Origin: Candidatus Kuenenia stuttgartensis
Lineage (GTDB): Bacteria > Planctomycetota > Brocadiia > Brocadiales > Brocadiaceae
Direction of reading: 5' to 3'
NCBI RefSeq assembly: GCF_900232105.1
Contig: NZ_LT934425.1
Location: 1,950,001-1,982,000 of the forward strand
DNA: 32,000 nucleotides
The notes beneath the pieces were generated by a model. That model searched no databases. It had not been told where the DNA came from and was given only the letters and a program-made list of their open reading frames with translations. Positions 8,822 to 17,706 of the stretch are shown piece by piece (within the stretch, counting starts at the first letter, position 1; each line of letters begins with the position of its first letter). The position numbers and the translations under genes were made by a program.

Positions 8822-9907
8822 ATGGCCAATGAGGGGTGCCCTAAGATGAAACAAAACACAATACTTATTGTAGACGACGAAGAAAATATACTTAATTCTT
8901 TAGGCAGGTTGCTGGATGATCTGGGCTGCACGGTTTTTTTTGCATATGACGGCAAGAAGGGTTTGGAGATAATAAAGGATAAAGATATTCACCTGGTGAT
9001 ATCCGATTACAGGATGCCCGGCATGGATGGCATAAAATTTCTTGATGAGGTCAAAAAGATTTCGCCGGGAACTATCCGGCTCATGCTGACAGGATACGCC
9101 GATATTGATCTGGCAATAAAGGCAATAAACGAAGGCGAGGTTTACCGGTTTATTACAAAACCATGGAACAATATCGAACTTTTGGTCACAGTAAATCAGG
9201 GCCTGGAATATTTCAACATGCAAAGAGAACTGTGCCGGTTGAACAAACTCATACAGTCTCAAAATGAAGCGCTTAAAGAATGGAACTCAAAACTCGAACA
9301 AAAGGTGTCGGAACAAACAAAATATATACAGGATTTCTTTCTGGAGTCCATTAAGTCCCTTGTAGTTGCGCTGGAAGTAAAGGATAAATATACAGAAGGA
9401 CATTCAAGGCGCGTCTCTGAATATGCCACATACATTTGCCGGAAGATGTCACTGCCGGAAGCATTTATAGAGGACGTAAAACTGGGGAGTTTATTGCATG
9501 ATATCGGGAAAATAGGCATCAAAGAATCTATCTTAGGCAAAAACACCGGTTTGACGAAAGAAGAATACGAGCATATTAAAACCCACCCATCCATCGGAGA
9601 GCGTATCTTAACACCCATTATCAAAAACAGTACTGTCATTAATATTATCAGATATCACCATGAGCATTTAGACGGCAATGGCTACCCTGATGGACTGAAA
9701 GGTGCCGTAATCCCTCTGGAAGCCAGGATAGTCGCTGTTGCGGATGCACATGATGCATTACTGTCAGAACGTCCTTATCGTAAAGCCAGAGACCCATTAA
9801 GCGCCAAGAAAGAATTGGTAAAATGTGCCGATATACAGTTTGATTCAAAGGTAGTTGAAATTCTCACATCAAACGAACACAATGTGACGGACAGCCCGTT
9901 CAGGTGA
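8822..9907 (+). CDS. Response regulator with REC and HD-GYP (c-di-GMP phosphodiesterase-type) domains
   Basis: 361 aa: REC with [14 protein letters not shown] motif [16 protein letters not shown] motif [18 protein letters not shown]. Confidence 0.93.
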   Translation: MANEGCPKMKQNTILIVDDEENILNSLGRLLDDLGCTVFFAYDGKKGLEIIKDKDIHLVISDYRMPGMDGIKFLDEVKKISPGTIRLMLTGYADIDLAIKAINEGEVYRFITKPWNNIELLVTVNQGLEYFNMQRELCRLNKLIQSQNEALKEWNSKLEQKVSEQTKYIQDFFLESIKSLVVALEVKDKYTEGHSRRVSEYATYICRKMSLPEAFIEDVKLGSLLHDIGKIGIKESILGKNTGLTKEEYEHIKTHPSIGERILTPIIKNSTVINIIRYHHEHLDGNGYPDGLKGAVIPLEARIVAVADAHDALLSERPYRKARDPLSAKKELVKCADIQFDSKVVEILTSNEHNVTDSPFR

Positions 9908-9972
9908 ATCATTTTTTTAAAAACCCTTATAAAAGACCGATCTATTACCCTACGCTTCTCATACTTTTATAA

Positions 9973-10749
9973 ATGAACATTCTCATATCCATAGACCATA
10001 CAGTTAAAAAGTTTCTCCTTTCAATGGGACAGGTAACGTTGCTGGCCTTCAAAGGGTTTTGGGGCATTTTTTTGCCGCCTTTTAATCCGAAGCTGCTACT
10101 GAAGGAAATTGACAATTTCGGCGCCGGTTCATTTCTGCTTGTGAATATCATTGCCTTGTTTACCGGCATGGTCATGTCGCTCCAGACAATTTACGGATTG
10201 CGCATGTATGGGGCAGAGATGTATGTGGGAAGCGTTGTTTCCCTTTCCATTGTGAGGGAACTAGGTCCGGTTCTCACCTCTATTATGGTGGGAGCACGTA
10301 TCGGCTCAGGCATTGCGGCAGAAATCGGCTCGATGCAGGTAACAGAGCAAATTGACGCCATGCGGGCTTTAGGAGCAAGCCCCATCAAAAAACTGGTATC
10401 TCCAAAAATATTCGCCGGATTGATTACGCTGCCCCTCCTTACGGTCACAGCGGATTTCATTGGTATTTTTGGCGGACTCATAATTGCAACCTTTGAATTG
10501 GATATAGACCATATTTTCTATATTAATTCTATTTTAACCACCATTACCATTTCTGATTTCATTAGCGGCATTGGCAAAACAGTCTTTTTTGGACTGCTTA
10601 TTGCCGTTATCGGCTGTTATTTCGGGCTTAAAACATCAGGGGGTACCACCGGCGTGGGGCGTTCCACCACTATTTCTGTGGTAACAATCTCGATTTCCAT
10701 CCTAATTGCAGATTTCTTCCTCACAAAATTGTTTCTTATGATCTTCTGA
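9973..10749 (+). CDS. mlaE: MlaE-family ABC transporter permease
   Basis: 258 aa, MlaE/YrbE pattern (VREL.PVLTSIMVGARIGSGIAAEIGSMQVTEQIDAMRALGASPIKKLVSPK). Followed immediately by the ATPase and MCE genes. Confidence 0.92.
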   Translation: MNILISIDHTVKKFLLSMGQVTLLAFKGFWGIFLPPFNPKLLLKEIDNFGAGSFLLVNIIALFTGMVMSLQTIYGLRMYGAEMYVGSVVSLSIVRELGPVLTSIMVGARIGSGIAAEIGSMQVTEQIDAMRALGASPIKKLVSPKIFAGLITLPLLTVTADFIGIFGGLIIATFELDIDHIFYINSILTTITISDFISGIGKTVFFGLLIAVIGCYFGLKTSGGTTGVGRSTTISVVTISISILIADFFLTKLFLMIF

Positions 10750-11492
10750 TGAAAAAACCCATAATTGAAATTAAACATGTCTATAAATCATTTAACAATC
10801 ATCCGGTTCTGAATGATATAAATCTTTCCGTACAGGAAGGGGAAATCATATCGCTCCTTGGCGCAAGCGGAACGGGGAAAAGTGTTCTTTTGAAAGGACT
10901 TATCGGCTTAATAAAGCCGGATAAGGGCGATATCTTTGTTATGGGTAAAAATGTTGCACAAATGAATGAAGATGCATTAATTAAATTACGGGTTCATGTG
11001 GGAATGCTGTTTCAGGGTGCAGCATTGTTTGACTCATTAACCGTATTTGAAAATATTGCCTATCCGCTACGGGAACACCTTAGTCTTTCAGAAGTAGAAA
11101 TAAGGTCACGCGTTTCAGAAAAATTACAACTGGTAGGCCTTAAAGGCATTGAGGCAAAAATGCCGGATGAATTGAGCGGAGGCATGAAAAAGAGGGTAGG
11201 CCTGGCAAGGGCTATCGCCACTGACCCGGATATTATTTTATATGATGAGCCCACTACAGGTTTAGACCCCATTAATGCGCAGCGCATTAATGATCTCATT
11301 ATGGAATTACAGAAAAAACTTGGCATTACCACTATCGTTGTAACCCATGATCTCCATTGTGTGAAAACGATATCAGACCGCATCGCAATGCTTCATGAGG
11401 GAAAAATCATTTTTGTTGGAACATGGCAGGAAATAACATCCTGCCCATTAAATGAAGTAAAGGACTTTATCAGCGGCAATATCTGTTTGTAA
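10749..11492 (+). CDS. mlaF: MlaF-family ABC transporter ATP-binding protein
   Basis: 247 aa: Walker A GASGTGKSV, signature LSGGMKKRVGLARAIA, Walker B IILYDEPTTGLDP. Start overlaps the end of mlaE. Confidence 0.92.
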   Translation: MKKPIIEIKHVYKSFNNHPVLNDINLSVQEGEIISLLGASGTGKSVLLKGLIGLIKPDKGDIFVMGKNVAQMNEDALIKLRVHVGMLFQGAALFDSLTVFENIAYPLREHLSLSEVEIRSRVSEKLQLVGLKGIEAKMPDELSGGMKKRVGLARAIATDPDIILYDEPTTGLDPINAQRINDLIMELQKKLGITTIVVTHDLHCVKTISDRIAMLHEGKIIFVGTWQEITSCPLNEVKDFISGNICL

Positions 11493-11514
11493 AAGTGTTA
11501 CAAAAGGAGAAAGT

Positions 11515-12336
11515 ATGCGTAAAGAACACGTTGCAGAATTACGGGCGGGAATTTTTACTATTATTACGTTGATATGTCTTAGCATAGCGCTGTTTATTCT
11601 TGGTTCACAAAAAGGATATTTCAGACCCCATGTTACACTGAAGGCACGGTTCCTCCATGTCTATGGACTGCAAAAGGGCGTTCCGGTGCGTTTTATGGGG
11701 GTAACGGTAGGCCAGGTTAGAAACATCATACTCCCGGAGGAGTCGCCATGCAATGAGATTGAAGTAGTGATGCAAGTAGATAAAGCCGTCCAGAAAAATA
11801 TCCTGACAGATTCCGTTGCCACCATAAAATGGCTCAGTTATGTTACAGGTGATTCATACGTGGAAATCTCTTCGAAAGACTGTACCGGACATATTATAAA
11901 GGATGGAGATACCATTAAGGGCGCTGAACCAATGGACTATACCTCCGCCATTGAAAATGGAACCATTGCTATAAAATCTATCGCTCGGTTCTTTAACAAA
12001 CTGGATGAAGGAAAATTCGCGGAAACCTTAATCAGCGTATCGCTGTCGTTGAATGAAAGCATTACCCAATTCAGGGAGAGTACAGGGCTTTTAAATGCAT
12101 TAATTTATGACGTACGTGGAAGGCTCCTCATGGATAATTTAATTACCGCCTCTGACTCGTTTAATGAAATTATTGCAAAAGTAGCGGAGGGCGAGGGCAC
12201 ACTTGGGGCATTAATTGCAGACCCGGAATTGTACGACAATATGAAAAGTCTTTTGGGAGGTGCAGAAAGAAGCCGTATCCTGCGAAATGTCATCCGGAAG
12301 AGTATTGAAAAGGGGAAAACAAATACCACTCAATAA
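11515..12336 (+). CDS. mlaD: MCE-domain (MlaD-like) substrate-binding protein
   Basis: 273 aa: N-terminal TM segment, MCE domain (HVYGLQKGVPVRFMGVTVGQVRNI), third gene of the operon. Confidence 0.88.
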   Translation: MRKEHVAELRAGIFTIITLICLSIALFILGSQKGYFRPHVTLKARFLHVYGLQKGVPVRFMGVTVGQVRNIILPEESPCNEIEVVMQVDKAVQKNILTDSVATIKWLSYVTGDSYVEISSKDCTGHIIKDGDTIKGAEPMDYTSAIENGTIAIKSIARFFNKLDEGKFAETLISVSLSLNESITQFRESTGLLNALIYDVRGRLLMDNLITASDSFNEIIAKVAEGEGTLGALIADPELYDNMKSLLGGAERSRILRNVIRKSIEKGKTNTTQ

Positions 12337-12344
12337 CAATTTTT

Positions 12345-12370
12345 GATGTACGATTTTTAAATCGTACATC
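12345..12370. terminator. Hairpin just after mlaD, possible terminator
   Basis: Perfect inverted repeat GATGTACGAT-TTTTAA-ATCGTACATC starting 8 bp past the mlaD stop. Lacks a clean U-tract after the stem. Confidence 0.4.
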
Positions 12371-12507
12371 TAATGCCGTAAATGTTCATGCTGGAAATAA
12401 AAATACAGAATACGAAACAAATCCGAATAATAAAACATAAAATTCAAAACAAATCTAAAACACACTTATCTGCGTGCGATCAAGCACAGGCAGGCAACAA
12501 CGACACC

Positions 12508-13141
12508 CTACTTGCGTTTCCGATGATACCATTCGGTATGTTCATGCTGCTTCAGATATGCTCCCTTGGCGCCCAACTGCGGCAGCCGATTAATCATATC
12601 CAGCACAAGGTGAAATCTTTCGAGATCATTTAAAACAATCATGTCCATGCATGTTTTTATTGTTGGTACGGTGGTACGTCAACCGATGCACCAGCCAGGG
12701 TAGCCGTTTCTCAAGGAACTTTAAATGATCGGGGTACTCTGAATCCACCAGCAGTGGGATCTGGTGGGATCGAAAGGTGCCCTCAATTTGAAGTCCATCG
12801 ACGACTTTAGGGCCAGTCCAGCCTTTGGGTGAATTGAGGACGATCATTGGCCATCGTGGACGAGTAGTGTCGTTCTTCTTCCGTGCATTATCTTGGATTT
12901 GCCGAATACTTTCGATGACCTGTTCCAAAGTACTGGCCATGAGTTGGTGCATCTCTTCCGGCTCATCACCTTCCACAAAGTAAGGTGTCCATCCGCAGCC
13001 TCTCAAAAATTGCTCTAATTCCTCTGGCTCTATGCGGGCAAGTACGGTTGGGTTAGCTATTTTATAGCCGTTAAGATGCAGGATCGGTAGTACTACTCCA
13101 TCGTTGATCGGATTGAGAAATTTGTTGGAGTGCCATGCTGT
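12508..13141 (-). pseudogene. Decayed xylulose-5-phosphate/fructose-6-phosphate phosphoketolase (5'-truncated, internally deleted, frameshifted)
   Basis: Minus-strand translations across two frames: [101 protein letters not shown], then [16 protein letters not shown], then (shifted frame) [29 protein letters not shown]. All are phosphoketolase motifs. The track shows only a 126-aa ORF (12626-13006). Confidence 0.88.
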
Positions 13142-13223
13142 TGACGGTCATCTCAATATCTTTCTTCGTCTATAGTTAAAGTTTACTTACGCGTTTGCTT
13201 CAACGGGAACGCTCGTTGACAGC

Positions 13224-13928
13224 CTATTCATCAACCCAATATCCCTGGCGATTGTAATATTGATGCAGTACTGTCTCATACTCTCGAGTCAGTAGAGACT
13301 CCTCTGTATATTCCGGTGACTGCTTGATGGTCTCACGAGAAAGATTGACAAATACTTTCGACTTATCCCAACTAATGCGCTCGATCCATTGCGGTGAAAT
13401 CAGCACCTTTTTCCCAGACCACCATTTCTGTGTATCGATGATTAGATAACGAATAACCCACATCTCGTCATCGATAATAAAATCATTGACATAGCCAATC
13501 TCGTCGTCTGAAGCCTGGATGCGATAGCTGCTCACCTCGCGAGTGCTGCGCAAATGGGGATCCCACTCTTCCGTATCTTGATAAGAGTCCAGCATGTGTG
13601 GGCCGCCAAAATGCGGCGGAAATCCATAATATGCGCGGTAGGTTTCCTCGAATTGTCGCGAGACGGGCTTGTCACTGTTCAAGGATGGGCTGCCCTCGAT
13701 CTGCTTTTTGGTTAAATCAATGGTGATGTATTGCTCTTTTTCATTCACGGCGCCAAACGCATACGGAGAAATTAACACCTCTCTGCCCGTAAGCCAGTTT
13801 CCCGTGTCGGCCACCAGATAGCGAATGACCCAGTACTGATCATCAAAGTAAAATTCTTCGACTTTCCCTATTTCCCCGTCAAGGCCGCGCAATGTATAAC
13901 CTTTTAGTGTTTTACCTTTGTATAGCAT
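13224..13928 (-). CDS. Protein with two PRC-barrel domains
   Basis: 234 aa with internal duplication: GEIGKVEEFYFDDQYWVIRYLVADTGNWLTGREVLISP and DEIGYVNDFIIDDEMWVIRYLIIDTQKWWSGKKVLISP. Confidence 0.85.
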   Translation of the reverse strand: MLYKGKTLKGYTLRGLDGEIGKVEEFYFDDQYWVIRYLVADTGNWLTGREVLISPYAFGAVNEKEQYITIDLTKKQIEGSPSLNSDKPVSRQFEETYRAYYGFPPHFGGPHMLDSYQDTEEWDPHLRSTREVSSYRIQASDDEIGYVNDFIIDDEMWVIRYLIIDTQKWWSGKKVLISPQWIERISWDKSKVFVNLSRETIKQSPEYTEESLLTREYETVLHQYYNRQGYWVDE

Positions 13929-14137
13929 AGTCGTATTCCTTTCGTACTTTAAGTTTCGTTTTATTCGCTGTTGCCACCCGGCTGACAGCGTATTTGAGAA
14001 ATCGGTTTCACTGCGATCTGCACTGGCGACAACACTCCTATTGCACCGGTGGCGGCGGCTCCGCTATGGTGGGCGGGCACACCGAAAACGGATCGAGACG
14101 AGAGATTTATTTCGCCGCATAGTCCGAATTCCTTTTT

Positions 14138-14356
14138 TCATTGGAGCCAATCTATCAGGAAACCTGATGCTGGCCTGGCATCATAGGATTCAGGAATGAG
14201 ACTACCTTTCTGGTTTCCTGCTGAGTCGCTGAAGGTTAAATTCGTACCTGGTAAACCGATACGGTCAATGTTTCCATGAAAACTTCGTTCCAGCGATTCA
14301 CCTGTCTGATACAATGCAAACTTGATGCTCGATGAGCCACCATTGATCGTCAGCAC
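14138..14356 (-). pseudogene. Acetate kinase N-terminal fragment
   Basis: LTINGGSSSIKFALYQTGESLERSFHGNIDRIGL matches the AckA N-terminus (V(L/I)N.GSSS.KF.l). Only 72 aa of a roughly 400-aa enzyme remain. Confidence 0.8.
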
Positions 14357-14392
14357 GCCAGCGTGAATCCGATTTGCGGATAAACAGGTTTG

Positions 14393-15019
14393 TCATTCTG
14401 CAACCTCCAATCCAAACGAAGCCAGCTTCGCGCATGTAGAACTGTAATCCGTATGAAGAACACTTCGAATCCCCAAACTTTCTGCAACCTCGACGAACAT
14501 GGGGGTGTTTTCGATATAGACTACCTGCCGGGCTGGCGTCTGGGCAATATCCAGCGCAAGCCGAAAGATGTCAGTGTCTGGCTTACGGACATGGACGAAG
14601 CAGGAGGAAATAAAAAAATCCACGAACCCATCAAGCTTGAACGTTCGAATTCGGTACACATTCAGTTCCCGTGCTTCGTTGCTGACAACGACAATCTTCA
14701 ATCCACATCGTGCCTTAAGCCGGCGGACCAAGTCAATCATTTTGGGATACGGCTTCGACTGGGCGAACATGAATTTCCGAAACTGCGCCGGAGTAAACGG
14801 CCGCTCCTTGTAAAACACCACCCGATCTAGATATTCTTCCAGCGTGAGCTTTCCCTCCTCGTAGGTTTCGACAGTTAGATGATGTCGGTCATTCATCTCG
14901 GCCAACTCCAGCTTGAAATTTATCGCCGCCCGTTTACGAGCATGATGGTCCCATCCGTTAGTGAGCAAAACGCCGCCAATATCCAGGAACAATGTTGTAA
15001 TTGAACTGCCCTTTTTCAT
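14393..15019 (-). CDS. HAD-superfamily hydrolase (subfamily IA-like)
   Basis: 208 aa: motif I FLDIGGVLLTNGW, motif II VVVSNE, motif III/IV KPDTDIFRLALD...VYIENT. Confidence 0.82.
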   Translation of the reverse strand: MKKGSSITTLFLDIGGVLLTNGWDHHARKRAAINFKLELAEMNDRHHLTVETYEEGKLTLEEYLDRVVFYKERPFTPAQFRKFMFAQSKPYPKMIDLVRRLKARCGLKIVVVSNEARELNVYRIRTFKLDGFVDFFISSCFVHVRKPDTDIFRLALDIAQTPARQVVYIENTPMFVEVAESLGIRSVLHTDYSSTCAKLASFGLEVAE

Positions 15020-15041
15020 TTAGTCTCTCTCAGGTTGATTC

Positions 15042-15460
15042 TTATTCAGCCTGCGAAAAAATTACCACCGTGTATGGCCCTATACTGATTTTGCCGGAGC
15101 AAGGCAGCCCCTCGATTATTTCCTCCTGAGCCTCGACATCAGGGGTTGGATAATTTGTAAAATTAGGGCCGTAGTTATATGCGTCACTGTTAAATCGAGT
15201 CTTCCACAATCCGGCACGCGGAAAACCTATGACATAACACTCGCGGTTTTGATTCGCCATATTCACTACCACAACAACAACGTTATCTGTTGGATATTGT
15301 TTGTCCCAGTGATGGAAAGCGATGGTCTTTATCCTGGAACCAGCGATCTTCCCGCAACTCCAGCGCTTCAAAAATCATCGGGATACCTGCCAAAGTAAGA
15401 ACACGTGCACTTCCTAACGTAGAGCGTTTCTTGGAAAACCAGCTATCCACCTTACCTGGC
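15042..15460 (-). pseudogene. Decayed alpha-amylase-family glycoside hydrolase / glucan branching-type enzyme, C-terminal part only
   Basis: In one frame DSWFSKKRSTLGSARVLTLAGIPMIFEALELREDRWFQDKD. In another frame FHHWDKQYPTDNVVVVVVNMANQNRECYVIGFPRAGLWKTRFNSDAYNYGPNFTNYP...SGKISIGPYTVVIFSQ, the C-terminal beta-domain pattern. Confidence 0.78.
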
Positions 15461-15666
15461 CATATCGCCCTTATAGTTGGACAATATTTTGCCGGACATT
15501 TCTTGCCGTAACAGTAATTATATAATAGTGACTACAAAAACGGCAATAAATATAAAAGAGAAAGGAAAAGGAACCAGGTTAGGAGAGTTAGGAAGAATAG
15601 AAATAATTAGTGGTGGAGCGCTGGCGGCGGGAGAAGGTAGAGTAGTTGCTGGCACGGCGGCTATCA

Positions 15667-17274
15667 TCACTGTGGGAGCCGTGACTGGTTATCATTAGAA
15701 TTTGTTTCGGGTTTCGTGTTTTGTACTTCGGATTTCACCGTTAAAGGTACTACTTGCTGCAATGCCAATTGCTTTAACGTTTTGTAATCAACCTTTCCTG
15801 TGGAAAGCAAGGGAATGGCATCTATGTGGAGATAGTGATCTGGCTGTGAAAGCTTTATAATGCCATGTTTATCAAGTGCAGCGTTCAACGAAAGTTTATC
15901 AGGGTTTGGGTGGACAACGAATGCCACGATCTGTTCGCCCTTTTGTGCATGCGGGATGTTTACTACGGCGCAGTTTCTTTTTTCTCCCTCTGTTATTTCA
16001 TCCAAAATGCAGGATAATTTATCCTCAATGGAGGAAAGGGACACCATTTCTCCGCCAATCTTGGCGAATCTTTTCAGACGATCGGTAATGTATAAAAAGC
16101 CGTTGTCAAATTTCCCGATGTCGCCTGTTATGTAATATCCTTCGTGAAAGGCACATTCCGTCAGTTCCGGGGAGTTATAATACCCTTCCATGAAATTAGG
16201 ACCCTGCACAAGAATTAAGCCTTCCTCTCCCTGGGGTACTTCACAATACGTTTCAACATCTACAATTTTACAATTAATATTTGGCAAGAGTTTTCCCACG
16301 CTTCCATGCCGGAAATCATACGCCTTATTCGCGCTGATGCAGGCGCAGCTCTCCGTAGTGCCATACGCTTCATATATAGGGATACCAAACTTTTCCTGAA
16401 ATTTTTCCCTTACTGCACTGTTTAATTTTTCCGCTCCGGCATACGCCAGACGTATAGTGGAGGTCTGTTCTTTGTGCCATTTTTTCACAAAACCACGATA
16501 CAGAGTGCTCGTACCCAGCACGATAGTAACCTTTTTATCATGTACGATCCTCCCCAGCTTTTCATATTCCGTAGGGTTTGGATGGAATACCACGCCAAGT
16601 CCCTTTAATAATGGCAACCATAAACATACGACAAAGCCAAATACATGAAAAAAAGGCATAGCACCTAAAAAGACATCTTCGGGAATAGGATCAAATATGG
16701 TAGAAATGTTTTGTATGGTTGTATAGACATTTTGGTTTGTCAGTGGCACGCCTTTCGGATGGGATTCTGACCCGGAGGTAAAAAGTATAACCGCATTTTT
16801 CTTCGGTAGATCGCAAGCTGAAAATTCCTGAATAAGAGAATCTTTCGATCTGAATTTACATGCAAGGTACGTCAGTATTTTTTTTTTCTTTGAAATGTTG
16901 TTTTTTATGTCCTCGATAAAAATCATTCTTTTGTCGAAAGGTATGCCCGCTTTTTCAATAAAAACCTTCGAGGTCAGTATAGAGCGTACGTCGCACATTT
17001 TTAAAACGTAATCCTGCTCTTCTTTGCTCGCAACGAAATTCAATCCTACAGGGACCTTTCCGGCAAAGGCTGTCGCTATATTTGCCAATGCGCCTCCGAT
17101 TGAAGGGGGGAATACAACGGCAATATTTTCACCTTCCATGTCGCGAATATATTTTGACAAAAGAATGCCGCCTGTAAGGGTCTGCCCGAAGGTAAGTGAT
17201 ATCCCAAACGAATCAAAGAAAACAGTTTTATTAAAATTATTTTTTGCTGTGGTTATAAAACTTTTTAAAATCAT
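15667..17274 (-). CDS. AMP-binding acyl-CoA / acyl-ACP synthetase
   Basis: AMP-binding motif ILFTSGSESHPKGVPLTNQ, IYEAYGTTESCA, YITGDIGKFDNGFLYITDRLKRFAKIGGEMVS, catalytic Lys in LLSTGKVDYKTL. The start at Met 17274 has upstream AAAGGAATATTA. The track start is 17316. Confidence 0.88.
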   Translation of the reverse strand: MILKSFITTAKNNFNKTVFFDSFGISLTFGQTLTGGILLSKYIRDMEGENIAVVFPPSIGGALANIATAFAGKVPVGLNFVASKEEQDYVLKMCDVRSILTSKVFIEKAGIPFDKRMIFIEDIKNNISKKKKILTYLACKFRSKDSLIQEFSACDLPKKNAVILFTSGSESHPKGVPLTNQNVYTTIQNISTIFDPIPEDVFLGAMPFFHVFGFVVCLWLPLLKGLGVVFHPNPTEYEKLGRIVHDKKVTIVLGTSTLYRGFVKKWHKEQTSTIRLAYAGAEKLNSAVREKFQEKFGIPIYEAYGTTESCACISANKAYDFRHGSVGKLLPNINCKIVDVETYCEVPQGEEGLILVQGPNFMEGYYNSPELTECAFHEGYYITGDIGKFDNGFLYITDRLKRFAKIGGEMVSLSSIEDKLSCILDEITEGEKRNCAVVNIPHAQKGEQIVAFVVHPNPDKLSLNAALDKHGIIKLSQPDHYLHIDAIPLLSTGKVDYKTLKQLALQQVVPLTVKSEVQNTKPETNSNDNQSRLPQ

Positions 17275-17344
17275 TAATATTCCTTTTAGATTTACGATTT
17301 TGGATTTACGAAGCACGATTTAAAATAGTACTTCGTACTCCATT

Positions 17345-17374
17345 CTCGTTTCCAGGTCGGAACCTGGGAACGAG
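17345..17374. repeat. Small imperfect hairpin CTCGTTTCCAGGT-CGG-AACCTGGGAACGAG
   Basis: Self-complementary GGGAACGAG-type unit related to motifs at 5400, 8521 and 28508. Confidence 0.5.
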
Positions 17375-17577
17375 AGGAAAGTTTTGTTCATATTTTAATG
17401 TTTCTATAATTGGAGTCAATTATTTAATCAGTTTATACTCAATAGTCTTACAATTGTAACGAAGCAATCGCTTCTTCCTGCAAATCTGGGATTCCTAAGC
17501 TTATATAGCCAGAACCAAACAGGCACAAAGCACGAAATACTAAACAAATTCTAATCACCGAAGGCCTAACTAGATAG

Positions 17578-17595
17578 ATTACGCTGAATAGTTAT
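17578..17595. repeat. Solo end of family A element
   Basis: ATTACGCTGAATAGTTAT differs at only one base from the family A terminal sequence ATTACGCTGAATAGTTAC. No partner end was seen. Confidence 0.55.
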
Positions 17596-17706
17596 AAATA
17601 TTTTGCCAAAAAGCGCAAAGAAATTACCGATGAGGTACTAAACATTAAATATATTGTATCTGTTTTTCGTTGTTTATTCTAAATACTTGATTTATATTTT
17701 CAACAT

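Noticed and set aside
12382-12633. Plus-strand 81-aa ORF
   Set aside because: The 5' half is AT-rich repeat-like sequence (KIQNTKQIRIIKHKIQNKS), and the 3' half is antisense to the phosphoketolase remnant.
14390-14830. Plus-strand 146-aa ORF
   Set aside because: Entirely antisense to the well-supported HAD hydrolase gene.
15477-15698. 73-aa plus-strand ORF with glycine/alanine-rich C-terminus
   Set aside because: Overlaps repeat-like sequence and has no recognised motif. Small peptide possible but unsupported.
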